Notes under the pieces: generated by a model
What the model saw: only the letters and a program-made list of their open reading frames with translations
The model's database searches: none
Told to the model about the DNA's origin: nothing
Shown here: piece after piece, positions 50,981-64,000 of the stretch
Numbering within the stretch: position 1 is the stretch's first letter
How the letters are laid out: the number at the start of each line of letters is the position of its first letter
Program-made: the position numbers and the translations under genes
NCBI GenBank assembly: GCA_016784545.1
Contig: JADHUM010000003.1
Location: 3,983 to 67,982 of the forward strand
Length of the DNA: 64,000 nt
DNA from: Fidelibacterota bacterium
GTDB taxonomy: Bacteria > Fidelibacterota > UBA8477 > JABMPR01
Direction of reading: 5' to 3'

Positions 50981-51403
50981 TCACTCCCCAATAATTTTCA
51001 CCAGAACACGTTTGTCACGTTTGCCGTCAAATTCACCATAAAAGATCTGTTCCCAGGTGCCAAAATCTAATCGACCCGAGGTAATGGCAACCACTACCTC
51101 TCGGCCCATAATCTGACGTTTGTGGTGGGCATCGCCATTGTCTTCACCTGTACGATTATGATGATAACGCTCTGGACTGGCATCAAAAGGAGCCAACCAC
51201 TCCAGCCAGCGTTTGTAATCTTCCTTCAATCCAGATTCTTCATCGTTGATAAAAACAGAGGCGGTGATATGCATGGCATTTACCAAACAGAGCCCCTCCT
51301 GCACACCACTCTCCTGTACAATGGATACAATATCTCGGGTAATGTTTACAAAACCCATTCGTTCAGGAACATTAAAATGAAGATATTTTGTGGTCGATTT
51401 CAT
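50981..51403 (-). CDS. YjbQ / UPF0047 family protein
   Basis: [38 protein letters not shown]. Confidence 0.92.
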   Translation of the reverse strand: MKSTTKYLHFNVPERMGFVNITRDIVSIVQESGVQEGLCLVNAMHITASVFINDEESGLKEDYKRWLEWLAPFDASPERYHHNRTGEDNGDAHHKRQIMGREVVVAITSGRLDFGTWEQIFYGEFDGKRDKRVLVKIIGE

Positions 51404-51411
51404 ACTGTCAC

Positions 51412-53448
51412 CTATTGAACCAGGATAAGACCTGATTGCTCAGCTACCTCAGCTACTTTTTCCGCTGTTCCAAGTCCCTCAACATTTGCATGATTTTCAT
51501 TTGCCAGAATGGTCCAGATACCTGCTGGTAAAGAGAATTTTGATTTTGATTTTTTATCAGCATTGAGTAACACCAGTATCTGATGTTCCCCTGCCATACT
51601 TACACCAAAGGAAAGCTGAGCGGATCCATCCATAAATTTACGATAACCAGTTTCCACATTTCGGATTTCAGGATATGTGTTTCTGATGGAAATCAGGCCA
51701 CGATAGTAATCTACAAGGGGCTGATTGAGTACTTTTTCTTTCCAGTCCAGCCAGTTGGTTTCATCATCTTTCTCATATGAATTGTGGTCAAGTCGTCCGG
51801 CATGCGGATCATTTCCAGCACTATTGGCAATCACCTTCGCGCGACCCCAACTCTGCCCCTGAGCTATCATAACTGGTCCCTGACTGGTCAAAAGATTCAA
51901 AGCACCAAACTTATGAATTGCCAGTTCTTCGCTTGATAATTGAGCGACCTGATCCCTGGTTACAACCTCAGAAGCCCCCACCTTACCAAGAGCCAGGCGA
52001 ATAAAATCACCCATGGTATGATCATCATGACTTTCCAGATAGTTCACACTTTGTGAAGGATCCACAAAATGTCCCCCGTCGCTTTGCAAATAGCCTCGCA
52101 TGAGCTTTTTGTAGTGCTCCTTTTTCTTGCCATCCCAAAGTTTTCCAAAGATAAATCCGACATCATTCTCACGTGGATTGCGTCCCTTCACACTATTGCG
52201 GAAATGATCATTCCATGAAGCCCAGCCATGATCAGCCAACTCCTTTGGGTTGTATCCTCCACCACCCCAGGGTTCACCAATCAGAATAACATCTGGATTG
52301 ACTGATTGAGTAGCTGCAGTAATTGCATCTACCGTTTCCAAATCAATCATGGCAGCCAGATCAAAACGAAAACCATCGATGTGATATTCTTTCATCCAGT
52401 GTAAGAGGCTTTCAACAATCATTTTACGAGACATGATATTCTCGGTTTTAAAATCGTTGCCACATCCACTTTTGGAGAGATAATCGCCCTCTTTATCCAG
52501 TCTGAAGTAGTAGTCTTTATCAATGAGTTTAAAGGGATTATCATCATACTGTGAAACATGATTATAGACCACATCCAGAATGACCGATATACCTTCCTTG
52601 TGAAGAGCCCGCACCATTTCCTTCATCTCGTTGACTGCTCGTCCATCCTCACCGACCCAGGCTCCCCTGTCCTTTACACCGTCTGAACCGTAGTAAATTT
52701 CTGGGGCAAAGAAAAAAGAGGTCATATATCCCCAATGGTTTGCTTCATAGGGGTTCCAATCATTCCAGGTGCTTATTTCTGAATTCTTATAATCGATTTC
52801 TATGTTTCCGAACTCCTGGAGAGGTAAAAATTCGATGGCATTATATCCCATATCTTTCAGATGGGCAATTCCACCCTTCTGGGCGGGTTCAATAAAACCC
52901 TGATAGGTGCCTGGCTTGATAGCTCCCGAACTTGGATGTACTGTCATATCTCTCAGGTGGGCTTCAAGAATTACAAGATCTCCAATCGCTGCTGAGGTAA
53001 CCTCAGCTCCCTGCCAATCAAATTCGTCCCGGGGTAAAATGACCGTTTTGCTGGGATATTTAAAATGATTCTGACGTACCACAGCCTCTGAGTAGGGATC
53101 GGGAATAATTTGCTTATCGCTGGAAGGAGCAGAATAGGCATAAAACTTGGTGAGCTGCTCATGGGGCACGCTGATTTCCCAGACACCATTAGGTTTTTTG
53201 TGCATGGCAAGGTTTTCACCTGTTTCATCGTCGAAATTCTGAAAAAGAACCAGGTTTACCAGGTCTTCTTCCGGTGCGAATAGACGAAAAATCGCCTCAT
53301 CTTGATTTCTGCTTAACCCCAATTTTTCATCAACGGCGGCAATATTTTTACTACTTGATATCATATCTTTTGCTAACTCCGAATTATTACTACAGGCTAC
53401 CATCATAACGAGGGCAACCAAACTCAGGATAATTTTCCTGGGAATCAT
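51412..53448 (-). CDS. GH13 pullulanase-type debranching enzyme, lipoprotein
   Basis: Lipobox MVAC; WGYM, LDVVYNH, DGFRFDL, GEPW, YLESHDD. Confidence 0.88.
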   Translation of the reverse strand: MIPRKIILSLVALVMMVACSNNSELAKDMISSSKNIAAVDEKLGLSRNQDEAIFRLFAPEEDLVNLVLFQNFDDETGENLAMHKKPNGVWEISVPHEQLTKFYAYSAPSSDKQIIPDPYSEAVVRQNHFKYPSKTVILPRDEFDWQGAEVTSAAIGDLVILEAHLRDMTVHPSSGAIKPGTYQGFIEPAQKGGIAHLKDMGYNAIEFLPLQEFGNIEIDYKNSEISTWNDWNPYEANHWGYMTSFFFAPEIYYGSDGVKDRGAWVGEDGRAVNEMKEMVRALHKEGISVILDVVYNHVSQYDDNPFKLIDKDYYFRLDKEGDYLSKSGCGNDFKTENIMSRKMIVESLLHWMKEYHIDGFRFDLAAMIDLETVDAITAATQSVNPDVILIGEPWGGGGYNPKELADHGWASWNDHFRNSVKGRNPRENDVGFIFGKLWDGKKKEHYKKLMRGYLQSDGGHFVDPSQSVNYLESHDDHTMGDFIRLALGKVGASEVVTRDQVAQLSSEELAIHKFGALNLLTSQGPVMIAQGQSWGRAKVIANSAGNDPHAGRLDHNSYEKDDETNWLDWKEKVLNQPLVDYYRGLISIRNTYPEIRNVETGYRKFMDGSAQLSFGVSMAGEHQILVLLNADKKSKSKFSLPAGIWTILANENHANVEGLGTAEKVAEVAEQSGLILVQ

Positions 53449-53589
53449 ACAAGTACTCCCCTTCTTCTCCAAAAACAATACACGAGCGGCTCGAATTTGA
53501 CTGTTGGCTGACAATTCAACAGTTTTCAAGCAATTGCGGAGAAACATAATGTGAAAGTAGTGATTATAAAGTCATATTCACCGCAGTTA

Positions 53590-53622
53590 TTTGTAACTCT
53601 ATGGGTGATATTCGCTCTAAGA
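53590..53622 (+). promoter_or_regulatory. Putative ECF-sigma promoter
   Basis: TTTGTAAC-N17-CTCTAAGA, 24 nt before the tlpA ATG. Confidence 0.55.
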
Positions 53623-53645
53623 GCAACAACGAAAGAAGGAATAGA

Positions 53646-54140
53646 ATGAAAAAAAATAAAATTATCGCCAGCTCAGCCGCAATCCTCTTTGTGATTTTCG
53701 GTATCTTCATGATTGGGACAACGTCTGTTTCAGCTCAGACTGCTCCAGATTTTACACTCACCGATCTTAATGGACAGAAGGTCTCACTCTCTGACTATAA
53801 AGGTAAGATTATCATTTTAGACTTTTGGGCTACCTGGTGTGGACCCTGTAAGATGGAAATTCCCAGCTTTATAAAACTACAGGATGACTATAAAGATGAT
53901 GTCGTTGTCCTGGGTGTATCTCTGGATCGTGGTGGCGCAAAAGTTGTGGTCCCCTTTGCCGAGAAAATGAACATCAATTACCCCGTAGTATATGGTGATG
54001 GTGGTGTCGTACAAGCCTATGGTGGTGTACGCAGCATTCCTACTACCTTTGTTATCGACAGGGATTTCAATATTCAGCGTAAGTATGTAGGCTATACAGA
54101 TCACAAGGTCTTTGAGAAGGATATCCTGGCTTTCAAGTAA
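53646..54140 (+). CDS. TlpA-family protein disulfide reductase
   Basis: Signal peptide; APDFTL, DFWATWCGPCKMEIP. Confidence 0.92.
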   Translation: MKKNKIIASSAAILFVIFGIFMIGTTSVSAQTAPDFTLTDLNGQKVSLSDYKGKIIILDFWATWCGPCKMEIPSFIKLQDDYKDDVVVLGVSLDRGGAKVVVPFAEKMNINYPVVYGDGGVVQAYGGVRSIPTTFVIDRDFNIQRKYVGYTDHKVFEKDILAFK

Positions 54141-54157
54141 GGGTTACACAAAATTAT

Positions 54158-54194
54158 TTGCAATAGGCGTAACTGTCGTTTAGTTTCGCCCCGC
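54158..54194 (+). promoter_or_regulatory. Sigma70 promoter with GC-rich discriminator
   Basis: TTGCAA-N17-TAGTTT-CGCCCCGC. Confidence 0.6.
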
Positions 54195-54215
54195 TAAAGG
54201 ACTGGAGGAAAGACT

Positions 54216-56505
<2,290 letters not shown>

Positions 56506-58008
56506 ATGTTTAAGAAAATTTTGATCGCAAATCGAGGAGAAATTGCCTTAAGAGTCATGCGCACCTGCCGGGAAATGGGGATTGAGGTGGTCGCTGTCTT
56601 TTCTGAAGCGGATCGTACCGCCCCCCACGTGCTTTTTGCTGATGAAGCCTATCACATTGGCCCTTCTCCCTCCACCGAAAGTTATCTCAATTATAAAAAA
56701 ATACTTGAAGTGGCCAGAGATTCCGGTGCAGAAGCCATTCATCCAGGTTATGGCTTTTTATCTGAGAATACAGATTTTGCCAGGGAAGTTTCAGAAGCGG
56801 GTATCGTTTTTATCGGACCCCCGGCTTCTGCCATAAAGATCATGGGTGATAAAACCATGGCGCGGCAAACCATGCTTAAAACGCAGGTGCCAGTCGTGCC
56901 AGGTACAGAAGAGCCAATTGCTGACATCGGCAAGGCCCTGAATATTGCCAAAGAGATCGGTTTCCCCGTGCTTATCAAAGCTGCCGGTGGTGGTGGTGGA
57001 AAAGGCATGCGAATCGTCAATGCTGCTTCTGAATTCGAAGGGGCTGTGGGTAAGGCTGAGCGAGAATCACAATCCGCCTTTGGTGATGGTCGGGTGTATG
57101 TGGAAAAGTATCTGGAAGAACCCCACCATATTGAATTTCAAATTCTGGCTGATACCCATGGAAATACAATCCATTTGAACGAACGTGAATGTTCCATTCA
57201 GAGACGCTACCAGAAGGTGATTGAAGAATCTCCAAGTCCCTTCATCGATGATAATCTCCGATCAAAGATGGGTCAGGCTGCAGTTGAAACTGCTGAGAGC
57301 TGTAAATATGTCGGTGCTGGCACGGTGGAGTTTCTGGTAGACAAACATAGAAATTTTTATTTCTTAGAAATGAACACACGTCTTCAGGTGGAACATCCTG
57401 TGACTGAAATGGTGACTGGAATTGATTTGGTCGCTGAGCAAATCCGCATTGCGGCTGGACTGCCATTATCTGTGAAACAGACTGACATCAGCACGACAGG
57501 TCATGCAATTGAATGTCGCATTTATGCTGAAGATGCTTCTAATGACTTTGCCCCTTCCACAGGAGAAATTGTTATGCTTCAAATACCTGATGGTGCAGGG
57601 ACAAGGTTTGATGGGGCGATCAGACAGGGTCTGGAGATTACGCCATACTATGACCCCATGCTTGGGAAACTGATTTGCTGGGCCAAGGATAGAGATTCAG
57701 CACTTAACCGCAGTGAACGAGCGCTCCGAGAATTTTATATCGGTGGTATTGAAACAACCATTCAGTTTTGCCGCTCAGTAGTGAGACATCCAGTATTCCG
57801 AAAAGGGACGTATGATACTCACTTCTATACCAAATTCAGAGAAGAATTACATGCAGACCTGGCTGCTTCAACTGACGAAGTACTATTGGTTGCAGGTGGT
57901 TCGCTTTTTCATCATCAAAATCAAATCAAGCATAGTTCAAACGCATCAGCTTCAACAACGAAAGCTCGGTCAAACTGGGTCAGTGCGCAGCTGGGGAGAA
58001 ATGATTGA
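56506..58008 (+). CDS. accC: Biotin carboxylase subunit (acyl-CoA carboxylase)
   Basis: KILIANRGEIA, HPGYGFLSEN, GGGGKGMR, EMNTRLQVEHPVTE. Confidence 0.92.
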   Translation: MFKKILIANRGEIALRVMRTCREMGIEVVAVFSEADRTAPHVLFADEAYHIGPSPSTESYLNYKKILEVARDSGAEAIHPGYGFLSENTDFAREVSEAGIVFIGPPASAIKIMGDKTMARQTMLKTQVPVVPGTEEPIADIGKALNIAKEIGFPVLIKAAGGGGGKGMRIVNAASEFEGAVGKAERESQSAFGDGRVYVEKYLEEPHHIEFQILADTHGNTIHLNERECSIQRRYQKVIEESPSPFIDDNLRSKMGQAAVETAESCKYVGAGTVEFLVDKHRNFYFLEMNTRLQVEHPVTEMVTGIDLVAEQIRIAAGLPLSVKQTDISTTGHAIECRIYAEDASNDFAPSTGEIVMLQIPDGAGTRFDGAIRQGLEITPYYDPMLGKLICWAKDRDSALNRSERALREFYIGGIETTIQFCRSVVRHPVFRKGTYDTHFYTKFREELHADLAASTDEVLLVAGGSLFHHQNQIKHSSNASASTTKARSNWVSAQLGRND

Positions 58009-58508
58009 TGAAGTTCGAAATCAATGCTGGTCAGAGATCCTTAGAAGCCAATTTTAGTATAGAATCCAACGAATTAATCATCATGACGGGTGAAAGAGAA
58101 TTGCGTTTTGAGGCGATACAGGTTCAGCCGGGAGTTTATAGTGTCCTGATGAACAATCGATCATTTGTAGTTGGGGTTTGCCCCAGAGAAGTTAATCGAG
58201 TGAATGTAAATGGAACCCCTATCCATCTGGAACTCCTTGATGCAGTACATCTGCACCTTAGAGAATTAGGCTGGGATTCACTTCAAGATGTCAAAACGGG
58301 CTTGATAAGCGCACAAATTCCTGGTCTGGTGACCAAGATCTTCCATACTGTTGGGGATCAGGTTAAAGCGGGTGATCCTCTTTTCCTGATTGAAGCCATG
58401 AAGATGGAAAATGAGATAAAATCTCCTGTAGGGGGTGTGGTAAAAAGAATTGGTGTTGCTGAAGGGCAAACCGTTGAAAAGGGAACAAACATTATCGAGA
58501 TTGTGTAA
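58005..58508 (+). CDS. Biotin carboxyl carrier protein
   Basis: EAMKMENE biotinylation motif. Confidence 0.92.
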   Translation: MMKFEINAGQRSLEANFSIESNELIIMTGERELRFEAIQVQPGVYSVLMNNRSFVVGVCPREVNRVNVNGTPIHLELLDAVHLHLRELGWDSLQDVKTGLISAQIPGLVTKIFHTVGDQVKAGDPLFLIEAMKMENEIKSPVGGVVKRIGVAEGQTVEKGTNIIEIV

Positions 58509-58543
58509 GCCATTCTGATGATAATTAAAATATTGGATACCAA

Positions 58544-59266
58544 ATGTTAGGAAGAATGTTCGGAGCTGGACTTGGGTGGGCTTTTGCAGGACCCATCGGA
58601 GGATTAATTGGATGGTGGTTAGGTGGTCAGGTCGAATCTAATCCCAATATGGGACAACGCATTGGTCCAGGATTTTCGCAACAGACGAAACCAGGCGATT
58701 TTGCCATTGCCATGTTAGTTCTGGTTGCTGCAGTCATGAAGGCAGACGGAAAAGTAGTCAAGGCTGAATTAGAGTATGTAAAGCAGTTCCTCATAAAAAG
58801 TTTTGGCCGCGATAATGCCCAGGAGATGCTTGTCTTATTGAAGAATTTGCTGGAACAAGACTACTTCATCTACGAAATAGCAAATCAGATTAATAGTCAT
58901 ATGAATACTGCTGAAAAACTTCAGCTCATGCATGTTCTATTTGGAATTAGCCAGGCAGATGGTCAGGTCCATGCCAGTGAAGTTGAAATCATTCAGGAAA
59001 TAGGCCAACATTTAAAGCTGAATGCCCGGGATGTTGATGCCATCATGGCTATCTTTGTAAAGGACAATCATTCGTATTATAAAATATTGGAAATTGATCC
59101 TTCCGCTACTGATCAGGAGATAAAAAAAGCCTATCGCTCCATGGCAGCACGGTTTCACCCGGACAAGGTTCAACATCTTGGACCAGAATTCCAGAAAATG
59201 GCTGAAGACAAATTCAAGGCTATCAATGAAGCCTACCAGCAAATCAAGACTGAACGCAGGACTTAG
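58544..59266 (+). CDS. DjlA-like co-chaperone (TerB-like domain plus C-terminal J domain)
   Basis: Gly-rich TM anchor, MKADG, FHPDK. Confidence 0.88.
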   Translation: MLGRMFGAGLGWAFAGPIGGLIGWWLGGQVESNPNMGQRIGPGFSQQTKPGDFAIAMLVLVAAVMKADGKVVKAELEYVKQFLIKSFGRDNAQEMLVLLKNLLEQDYFIYEIANQINSHMNTAEKLQLMHVLFGISQADGQVHASEVEIIQEIGQHLKLNARDVDAIMAIFVKDNHSYYKILEIDPSATDQEIKKAYRSMAARFHPDKVQHLGPEFQKMAEDKFKAINEAYQQIKTERRT

Positions 59267-59275
59267 AGGTAAGCT

Positions 59276-60775
59276 ATGAGTAGCCAAGGGGAAAAGGCCG
59301 GACAATATCCCTTTACAAAGGGAATTTATGAAGAGATGTATCGCTCCAGAAAATGGACGATGCGGCAATATGCAGGATTTTCCAGCGCTAAAGACTCAAA
59401 TACCAGGTACCGTTATCTGCTAGATCAGGGAACGACTGGTCTTTCAGTCGCTTTCGATTTGCCAACCCAGATTGGATATGATTCTGATGACCCCATCGCC
59501 GAGGGAGAAATTGGGAAGGTTGGGGTACCCATTGACACCCTGGCTGATATGGAAGTTCTTTTCGAAAGCATACCTCTGGACAAGGTATCCACATCCATGA
59601 CCATCAATTCAACTGCTATCATTTTATTGGCCATGTACCAGGTCGTGGCTGAAAAGCAAGGCGTGAACAGCCAACAACTGCGGGGTACCATTCAAAATGA
59701 TGTCCTGAAGGAATATATTGCTCGTGGGACCTACATTTTCCCACCCCAGGCATCTCTGCGGCTTATTACCGATGTTTTTTCATATTGCAATGAACATATC
59801 CCCAACTGGAACACGATCTCTATCTCAGGCTACCACATCCGTGAAGCTGGTTCCACAGCAGCCCAAGAACTGGCATTTACCTTTTCCAATGGGATTGCTT
59901 ATGTGGAGGCTGCCATTGCAGCAGGCTTGGATGTCAATGAGTTTGGGGCCAGACTATCATTTTTCTGGAACGCGCATAATGATCTGATGGAAGAAGTAGC
60001 CAAGTTCCGTGCATCTCGTCGTATCTGGGCAAAAATTATGAAGGAGCGTTTTGGAGCCACCAATCCGAAAGCCATGATGTGCCGTTTTCATACCCAAACG
60101 GGGGGGTCAACACTTACAGCTCAACAGATTGATAATAATGTGGTCCGTGTCACCCTTCAGGCCTTGGCAGCGGTGTTGGGCGGTACTCAGTCATTGCATA
60201 CAAATTCACGGGACGAAGCCCTGGCCCTGCCAACTGAGGAGTCAGCAAGATTGGCTCTGAGAACACAACAAATTGTTGGATTTGAGAGTGGCATTACCAA
60301 CTATGTTGATCCACTGGCCGGCTCAGAAGTTATTGAAACCTTAACCAATGGTCTGGAAGAGGATGTCTTCGAATATATTAAGAAGGTTGATGAATTAGGT
60401 GGTGCCGTGAAAGCCATCGAATTGGGATATTTTCAGAATGAAATTGGCAACAGCGCCTATCAATATCAGCAGGATATTGAGCAGGGAGAACGTGTTGTGG
60501 TTGGGCAAAACAAATTCGTCGATGAGGAGGATATTCAACCTGACATCTTGAAACTAGCAGCCAAAGCTGCCCAGGAACAATTAAAGGATTTACGTTCAGT
60601 CAAAGCTGCTCGTGATAACGATGCTCTCAAGAAATCTCTCTCTGAGCTGAAAACTGCTGCTCAGCACAAGGATACAAACCTGTATCCATTTATTTTGTCA
60701 GCTGTGCGCGAGTATGCGTCTGTTGGCGAAATTTCCAATACCCTCAGGTCTGTCTTTGGTGAATATCAGGGGTAA
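59276..60775 (+). CDS. Methylmalonyl-CoA mutase, substrate-binding subunit (no B12 domain)
   Basis: [38 protein letters not shown]; lacks the DxHxxG B12-binding domain. Confidence 0.92.
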   Translation: MSSQGEKAGQYPFTKGIYEEMYRSRKWTMRQYAGFSSAKDSNTRYRYLLDQGTTGLSVAFDLPTQIGYDSDDPIAEGEIGKVGVPIDTLADMEVLFESIPLDKVSTSMTINSTAIILLAMYQVVAEKQGVNSQQLRGTIQNDVLKEYIARGTYIFPPQASLRLITDVFSYCNEHIPNWNTISISGYHIREAGSTAAQELAFTFSNGIAYVEAAIAAGLDVNEFGARLSFFWNAHNDLMEEVAKFRASRRIWAKIMKERFGATNPKAMMCRFHTQTGGSTLTAQQIDNNVVRVTLQALAAVLGGTQSLHTNSRDEALALPTEESARLALRTQQIVGFESGITNYVDPLAGSEVIETLTNGLEEDVFEYIKKVDELGGAVKAIELGYFQNEIGNSAYQYQQDIEQGERVVVGQNKFVDEEDIQPDILKLAAKAAQEQLKDLRSVKAARDNDALKKSLSELKTAAQHKDTNLYPFILSAVREYASVGEISNTLRSVFGEYQG

Positions 60776-60806
60776 GGACCAACCGTCCAAAACCAGATCA
60801 CAATAT

Positions 60807-61562
60807 ATGACTTCCCACCCTGATCTTGATAAAACCATTTTTCTTGATACGGTTGATTCCACCAATCTTGAGTTAAAAAGGCGACGTCAGGAATTTCAGG
60901 GTTCCAACGTTTTAATGGTGAGTGATGCACAGTCACAAGGTAAGGGCCAGAAGGGGCGGAGATGGGAATCAGCTGCTGGTTTGGGTCTGTGGATGTCACT
61001 TTATCTTGGCCGCCAGACTTCACTTTCCCACAACATCCAGTTGCTATCCATTTTCACAGGTACCATTGTGCATGACATCATCTCACCCCTCATTCCTGAT
61101 ATCGTTTACCTGAAATGGCCCAATGACATCATAATCAATTCAAAGAAGTGTGGAGGTATCCTTACGGAGCTTCAATGGCAAGGAGACGCTATTGTGTCTG
61201 CCATCATCGGGATGGGAATAAACCTGAGCCATGGCAAAGATGATTTTACCCCTTCTATCCAGAGGCAGGCTACCTCCCTCAAACTAGAGGGAGTGGAAAA
61301 CCTGGATAGATCTAACTTAATCGATACTTTTGTGAATTCATTTTTTGGAAATTTGTCTGCTCTGGATGATGGAGACCAATTGGCTAGCGAGTGGAATAAA
61401 AATGCATACCGAATGAACCAATCCGTCCTGTTGGAATCTCCTCAGGGGAAATTTGAAGGGCATTTCTCAGGAATTAACAGCAGGGGTGATGCACTGATCG
61501 TTATTGAGGGAAAACTGAAAGCCTTCCAAACCGGTGAAATACGACTTACTGAATCGCTTTAG
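60807..61562 (+). CDS. birA: Biotin-protein ligase (no HTH)
   Basis: VDSTN, QSQGKGQKGRRW, LKWPNDI, KCGGILTE. Confidence 0.92.
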   Translation: MTSHPDLDKTIFLDTVDSTNLELKRRRQEFQGSNVLMVSDAQSQGKGQKGRRWESAAGLGLWMSLYLGRQTSLSHNIQLLSIFTGTIVHDIISPLIPDIVYLKWPNDIIINSKKCGGILTELQWQGDAIVSAIIGMGINLSHGKDDFTPSIQRQATSLKLEGVENLDRSNLIDTFVNSFFGNLSALDDGDQLASEWNKNAYRMNQSVLLESPQGKFEGHFSGINSRGDALIVIEGKLKAFQTGEIRLTESL

Positions 61563-62515
61563 GATAAATTGAGTGCTGTTGCGACCTGTTTAACCAGACG
61601 AACATCCTGCATGACGTAAAAATGAAGACATTCCACACCATTATTTAGCAAATCTTCGCATTGTTCAACTGCGTGCTTGATGCCAATTTCAGCTCTTTCA
61701 TGAGAGGTCTCCGCCAACTCAAGACTTGTTACCAAATCATCAGGAATAGTTACGGAAAACGCGTGAGGCAGTGAGCGAAGTTGGGTCTGACGTGTTATCA
61801 GCTTTATGCCTGGTATAATAGGAACTGTGATGCCCTCTGCTCTGCACTGAGCAACAAAATCATAGTAATCTTGATTGTTGAAAAACATCTGAGTGACAAT
61901 GTACTGAGCACCAGCATCAACCTTCCTTTTTAAGTATCGTATATCTGCATTTTTGCTGGGGGCATCTGGGTGTTTCTCCGGGTAAGCCCCTACACCAATG
62001 CAGAAATCTGATTCATCAGCATCGAGGATATCTTCCAGATATTTGCCACGATTCATATTACTAATCTGTTTTACCAGATCCAGTGCATGCTCATTTGCCT
62101 CTCGTCCAATGGGATGGGCTTTTTGATATAGCAATTGATCACCACGAATAGCCAACACATTATCAATCCCCAGATAATTCAATTCTATCAAGGCATCTTC
62201 TGTTTCTTGTTTGGTAAATCCCTGGCAGAGGAGATGAGGAACCGCTTCCAGTTGATAACGATATTTAATGGCGGCACACAAACCAATGGTTCCAGGTCGT
62301 TTTCGCTTGATGTGCCGTGTAAAGGTGCCATTATCCTGCTCAATAAAATATGAATCTGCTGCATGGCTGGTCACATCAATAAAGGGGGGGTTGAATTCGA
62401 TCAGTTCATCAATGATCTCATAGATTTCACGTGCACTTCTACCTCTGGCAGGGGGAATAATTTCGAAACTTAAAAAGGGGTCTTTTCTCTCCTGGAGGAT
62501 ATCATTAATTTTCAT
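61559..62515 (-). CDS. metF: 5,10-methylenetetrahydrofolate reductase
   Basis: SFEIIPP, AIRGD, AYPEKHP, VDAGAQYIVTQMFF, LHFY. Confidence 0.94.
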   Translation of the reverse strand: MKINDILQERKDPFLSFEIIPPARGRSAREIYEIIDELIEFNPPFIDVTSHAADSYFIEQDNGTFTRHIKRKRPGTIGLCAAIKYRYQLEAVPHLLCQGFTKQETEDALIELNYLGIDNVLAIRGDQLLYQKAHPIGREANEHALDLVKQISNMNRGKYLEDILDADESDFCIGVGAYPEKHPDAPSKNADIRYLKRKVDAGAQYIVTQMFFNNQDYYDFVAQCRAEGITVPIIPGIKLITRQTQLRSLPHAFSVTIPDDLVTSLELAETSHERAEIGIKHAVEQCEDLLNNGVECLHFYVMQDVRLVKQVATALNLS

Positions 62516-62579
62516 TCTATATAATAGATATTTTTTTACTAGATAGTATGGATTTGTTCGTGTGGTGCAGGAAGGATAT

Positions 62580-62951
62580 CTATTTTAGGTATCTTTCCAA
62601 TAATGCTTTCAACTGATCAATGGTGTAGGGCTTGGACATATAATCCGAGAAACCTGCCTCATCAAAGGATTCCAACTTGTCCTTGGTAAACGCAGTAACA
62701 GCCACCATGGGCACTTGGCCAAAGCGACCCTCATTTTTTAATTTTGCTCCCAGCTCCAGTCCATTAATACCTGGTCCCAGAGCAATATCCAGAAGAAAAA
62801 TATCTGCGGATTTATCTTTCATCAACTCAAGAGCTTCTTCCCCAGTTTCAGCAGCAATGGACCCATACTCAAGCTTTCTAAGAAGTAATAAAAGATACTG
62901 TCTCGAAGCGAAATCATCTTCAACAACCAATACTGTCATTTGTTCACCCAT
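62580..62951 (-). CDS. Single-domain response regulator
   Basis: VLVVEDD, LLDIAL (phospho-Asp), VTA, MSKP. Confidence 0.92.
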   Translation of the reverse strand: MGEQMTVLVVEDDFASRQYLLLLLRKLEYGSIAAETGEEALELMKDKSADIFLLDIALGPGINGLELGAKLKNEGRFGQVPMVAVTAFTKDKLESFDEAGFSDYMSKPYTIDQLKALLERYLK

Positions 62952-62961
62952 TCGTCAATGT

Positions 62962-64000
62962 TCATTTCTTTGTCAATTGGAGAGGCATCTCGAAATAAAA
63001 AATATTCCCCGTCGGTTGATTAGGACGGACACCAACCTCAGCCCCGTGTACTTCTGCAATGCGTTTGACAATGGCAAGTCCGAGTCCTGATCCACGCATC
63101 TTCCCATTGGCCAACTGTATACTTCTTATAAATACTGAATCCCGATCATCATCTGCAATCGTTTTCCCTACATCCCTAACGCAAAATTCGATGCGTTCTG
63201 AATCCTTTTTAAGACTCACTTCAACCGGTTCTCCAGAAGGTGCATACTTCAAAACGTTGCTCAGGTAGTTCCTAAATACTTCAGAGATAATGGGGTTGGC
63301 GATGTGCATAATATTAGTCTCAACACTGAGTAGAAGTGGACTCCCCTCACCTTTAAAACTCGGTTTATACTCATCAATAACTTCATTTACTAAGTCGCTG
63401 ATATTTATATCCACCATATTGATACTCTCACCAAGAGAAATGCGGGCTAATGCAGTTGTATTGTCAAGGACCTTTAGCAACACATCAGAACTATCCTTAA
63501 TGAGTTGGAGTTCATCACTGACCTCTTCGCCCATGGTCAAAATGTCAGCAATACCAGAGATAACTCCTGCAGGGTTTTTGAGATCATGGGAAATTACATC
63601 GAGAAGCAGCGCTTTGATGTTATTTGAATCACTTAATTGTTTCGATAATTCTCGATGCATTGCTTCGGATTCACGGAGTTTTTCATCCTCAATATTAATT
63701 TTGATGCTTAACGCTATTTGGTCCGAGACAAAGTTTAGCATCTCGATATCCCCATTATCGTAGACCACATCTTTGGTATAGCTTTGAACGGCCATAATCC
63801 CAATAGGCCTGTCTTCTACAATAAGTGGACAGCCGAGCCACTGTTCAGAGGGTGTCCCCAGTAAATCAATTTTCCCCTCTTTGTTCATCGTATAGAACTC
63901 TTCTTTGGTGAGTAAAATAGGGAAACCACTTTTTATCACGTAGGCAGTGATTCCACGTTCTGCTTTTACGGGATCAGGTGGGGGTGAATCAAATTCATCA
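62962..64000 (-). CDS. GAF-domain sensor histidine kinase (5'-truncated by window)
   Basis: Frame open to the window end; WLGCPL GAF, SHDLKNP H-box, N-box, GSGLGL. Confidence 0.92.
   Translation of the reverse strand, partial: DEFDSPPPDPVKAERGITAYVIKSGFPILLTKEEFYTMNKEGKIDLLGTPSEQWLGCPLIVEDRPIGIMAVQSYTKDVVYDNGDIEMLNFVSDQIALSIKINIEDEKLRESEAMHRELSKQLSDSNNIKALLLDVISHDLKNPAGVISGIADILTMGEEVSDELQLIKDSSDVLLKVLDNTTALARISLGESINMVDINISDLVNEVIDEYKPSFKGEGSPLLLSVETNIMHIANPIISEVFRNYLSNVLKYAPSGEPVEVSLKKDSERIEFCVRDVGKTIADDDRDSVFIRSIQLANGKMRGSGLGLAIVKRIAEVHGAEVGVRPNQPTGNIFYFEMPLQLTKK

Overview
A bacterial chromosomal window of roughly mid-40s %GC (estimated by eye), mostly core and metabolic genes. A T9SS C-terminal sorting domain, a dockerin-tailed protein and DUF6029/Omp28-like proteins suggest an FCB-group organism, possibly Marinimicrobia-like (inference). 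Contents in order: 3' end of a dockerin-tailed secreted protein; an SplB-like radical SAM gene; a [NiFe]-hydrogenase maturation operon hypA-B-F-(four-helix-bundle)-C-D-E; a TetR-controlled beta-oxidation operon; a cytochrome c peroxidase; a long minus-strand thiol-redox/envelope cluster (ECF sigma, anti-sigma, glutaredoxin, orphan groES, CoA-disulfide reductase, OsmC, rhodanese, T9SS cargo, TlpA, DUF6029, Omp28, DUF2231); housekeeping genes (prfA, rpmE, rho, folC, murI, amidase, eno, ychF, ligA, metF); a biotin carboxylase/methylmalonyl-CoA mutase/birA cluster; and a partial sensor kinase. No rRNA, tRNA, CRISPR array, integrase or transposase was seen. The most interesting signals are mostly non-coding: (i) a four-helix-bundle gene bracketed by oppositely oriented AGTT/AACT short tandem repeats, with a gene-less pair of related arrays at 50.6-51.0 kb; (ii) a shared TGT(A/C)AC-N18-TCHAA ECF-type promoter motif before the ECF gene itself, the CoA-disulfide reductase operon and a distant tlpA; (iii) a displaced, synonymously diverged copy of a gene 3' end at 1096-1161 beside a dispersed MITE-like repeat; (iv) a probable bL38/DUF4295-like small ribosomal protein gene.
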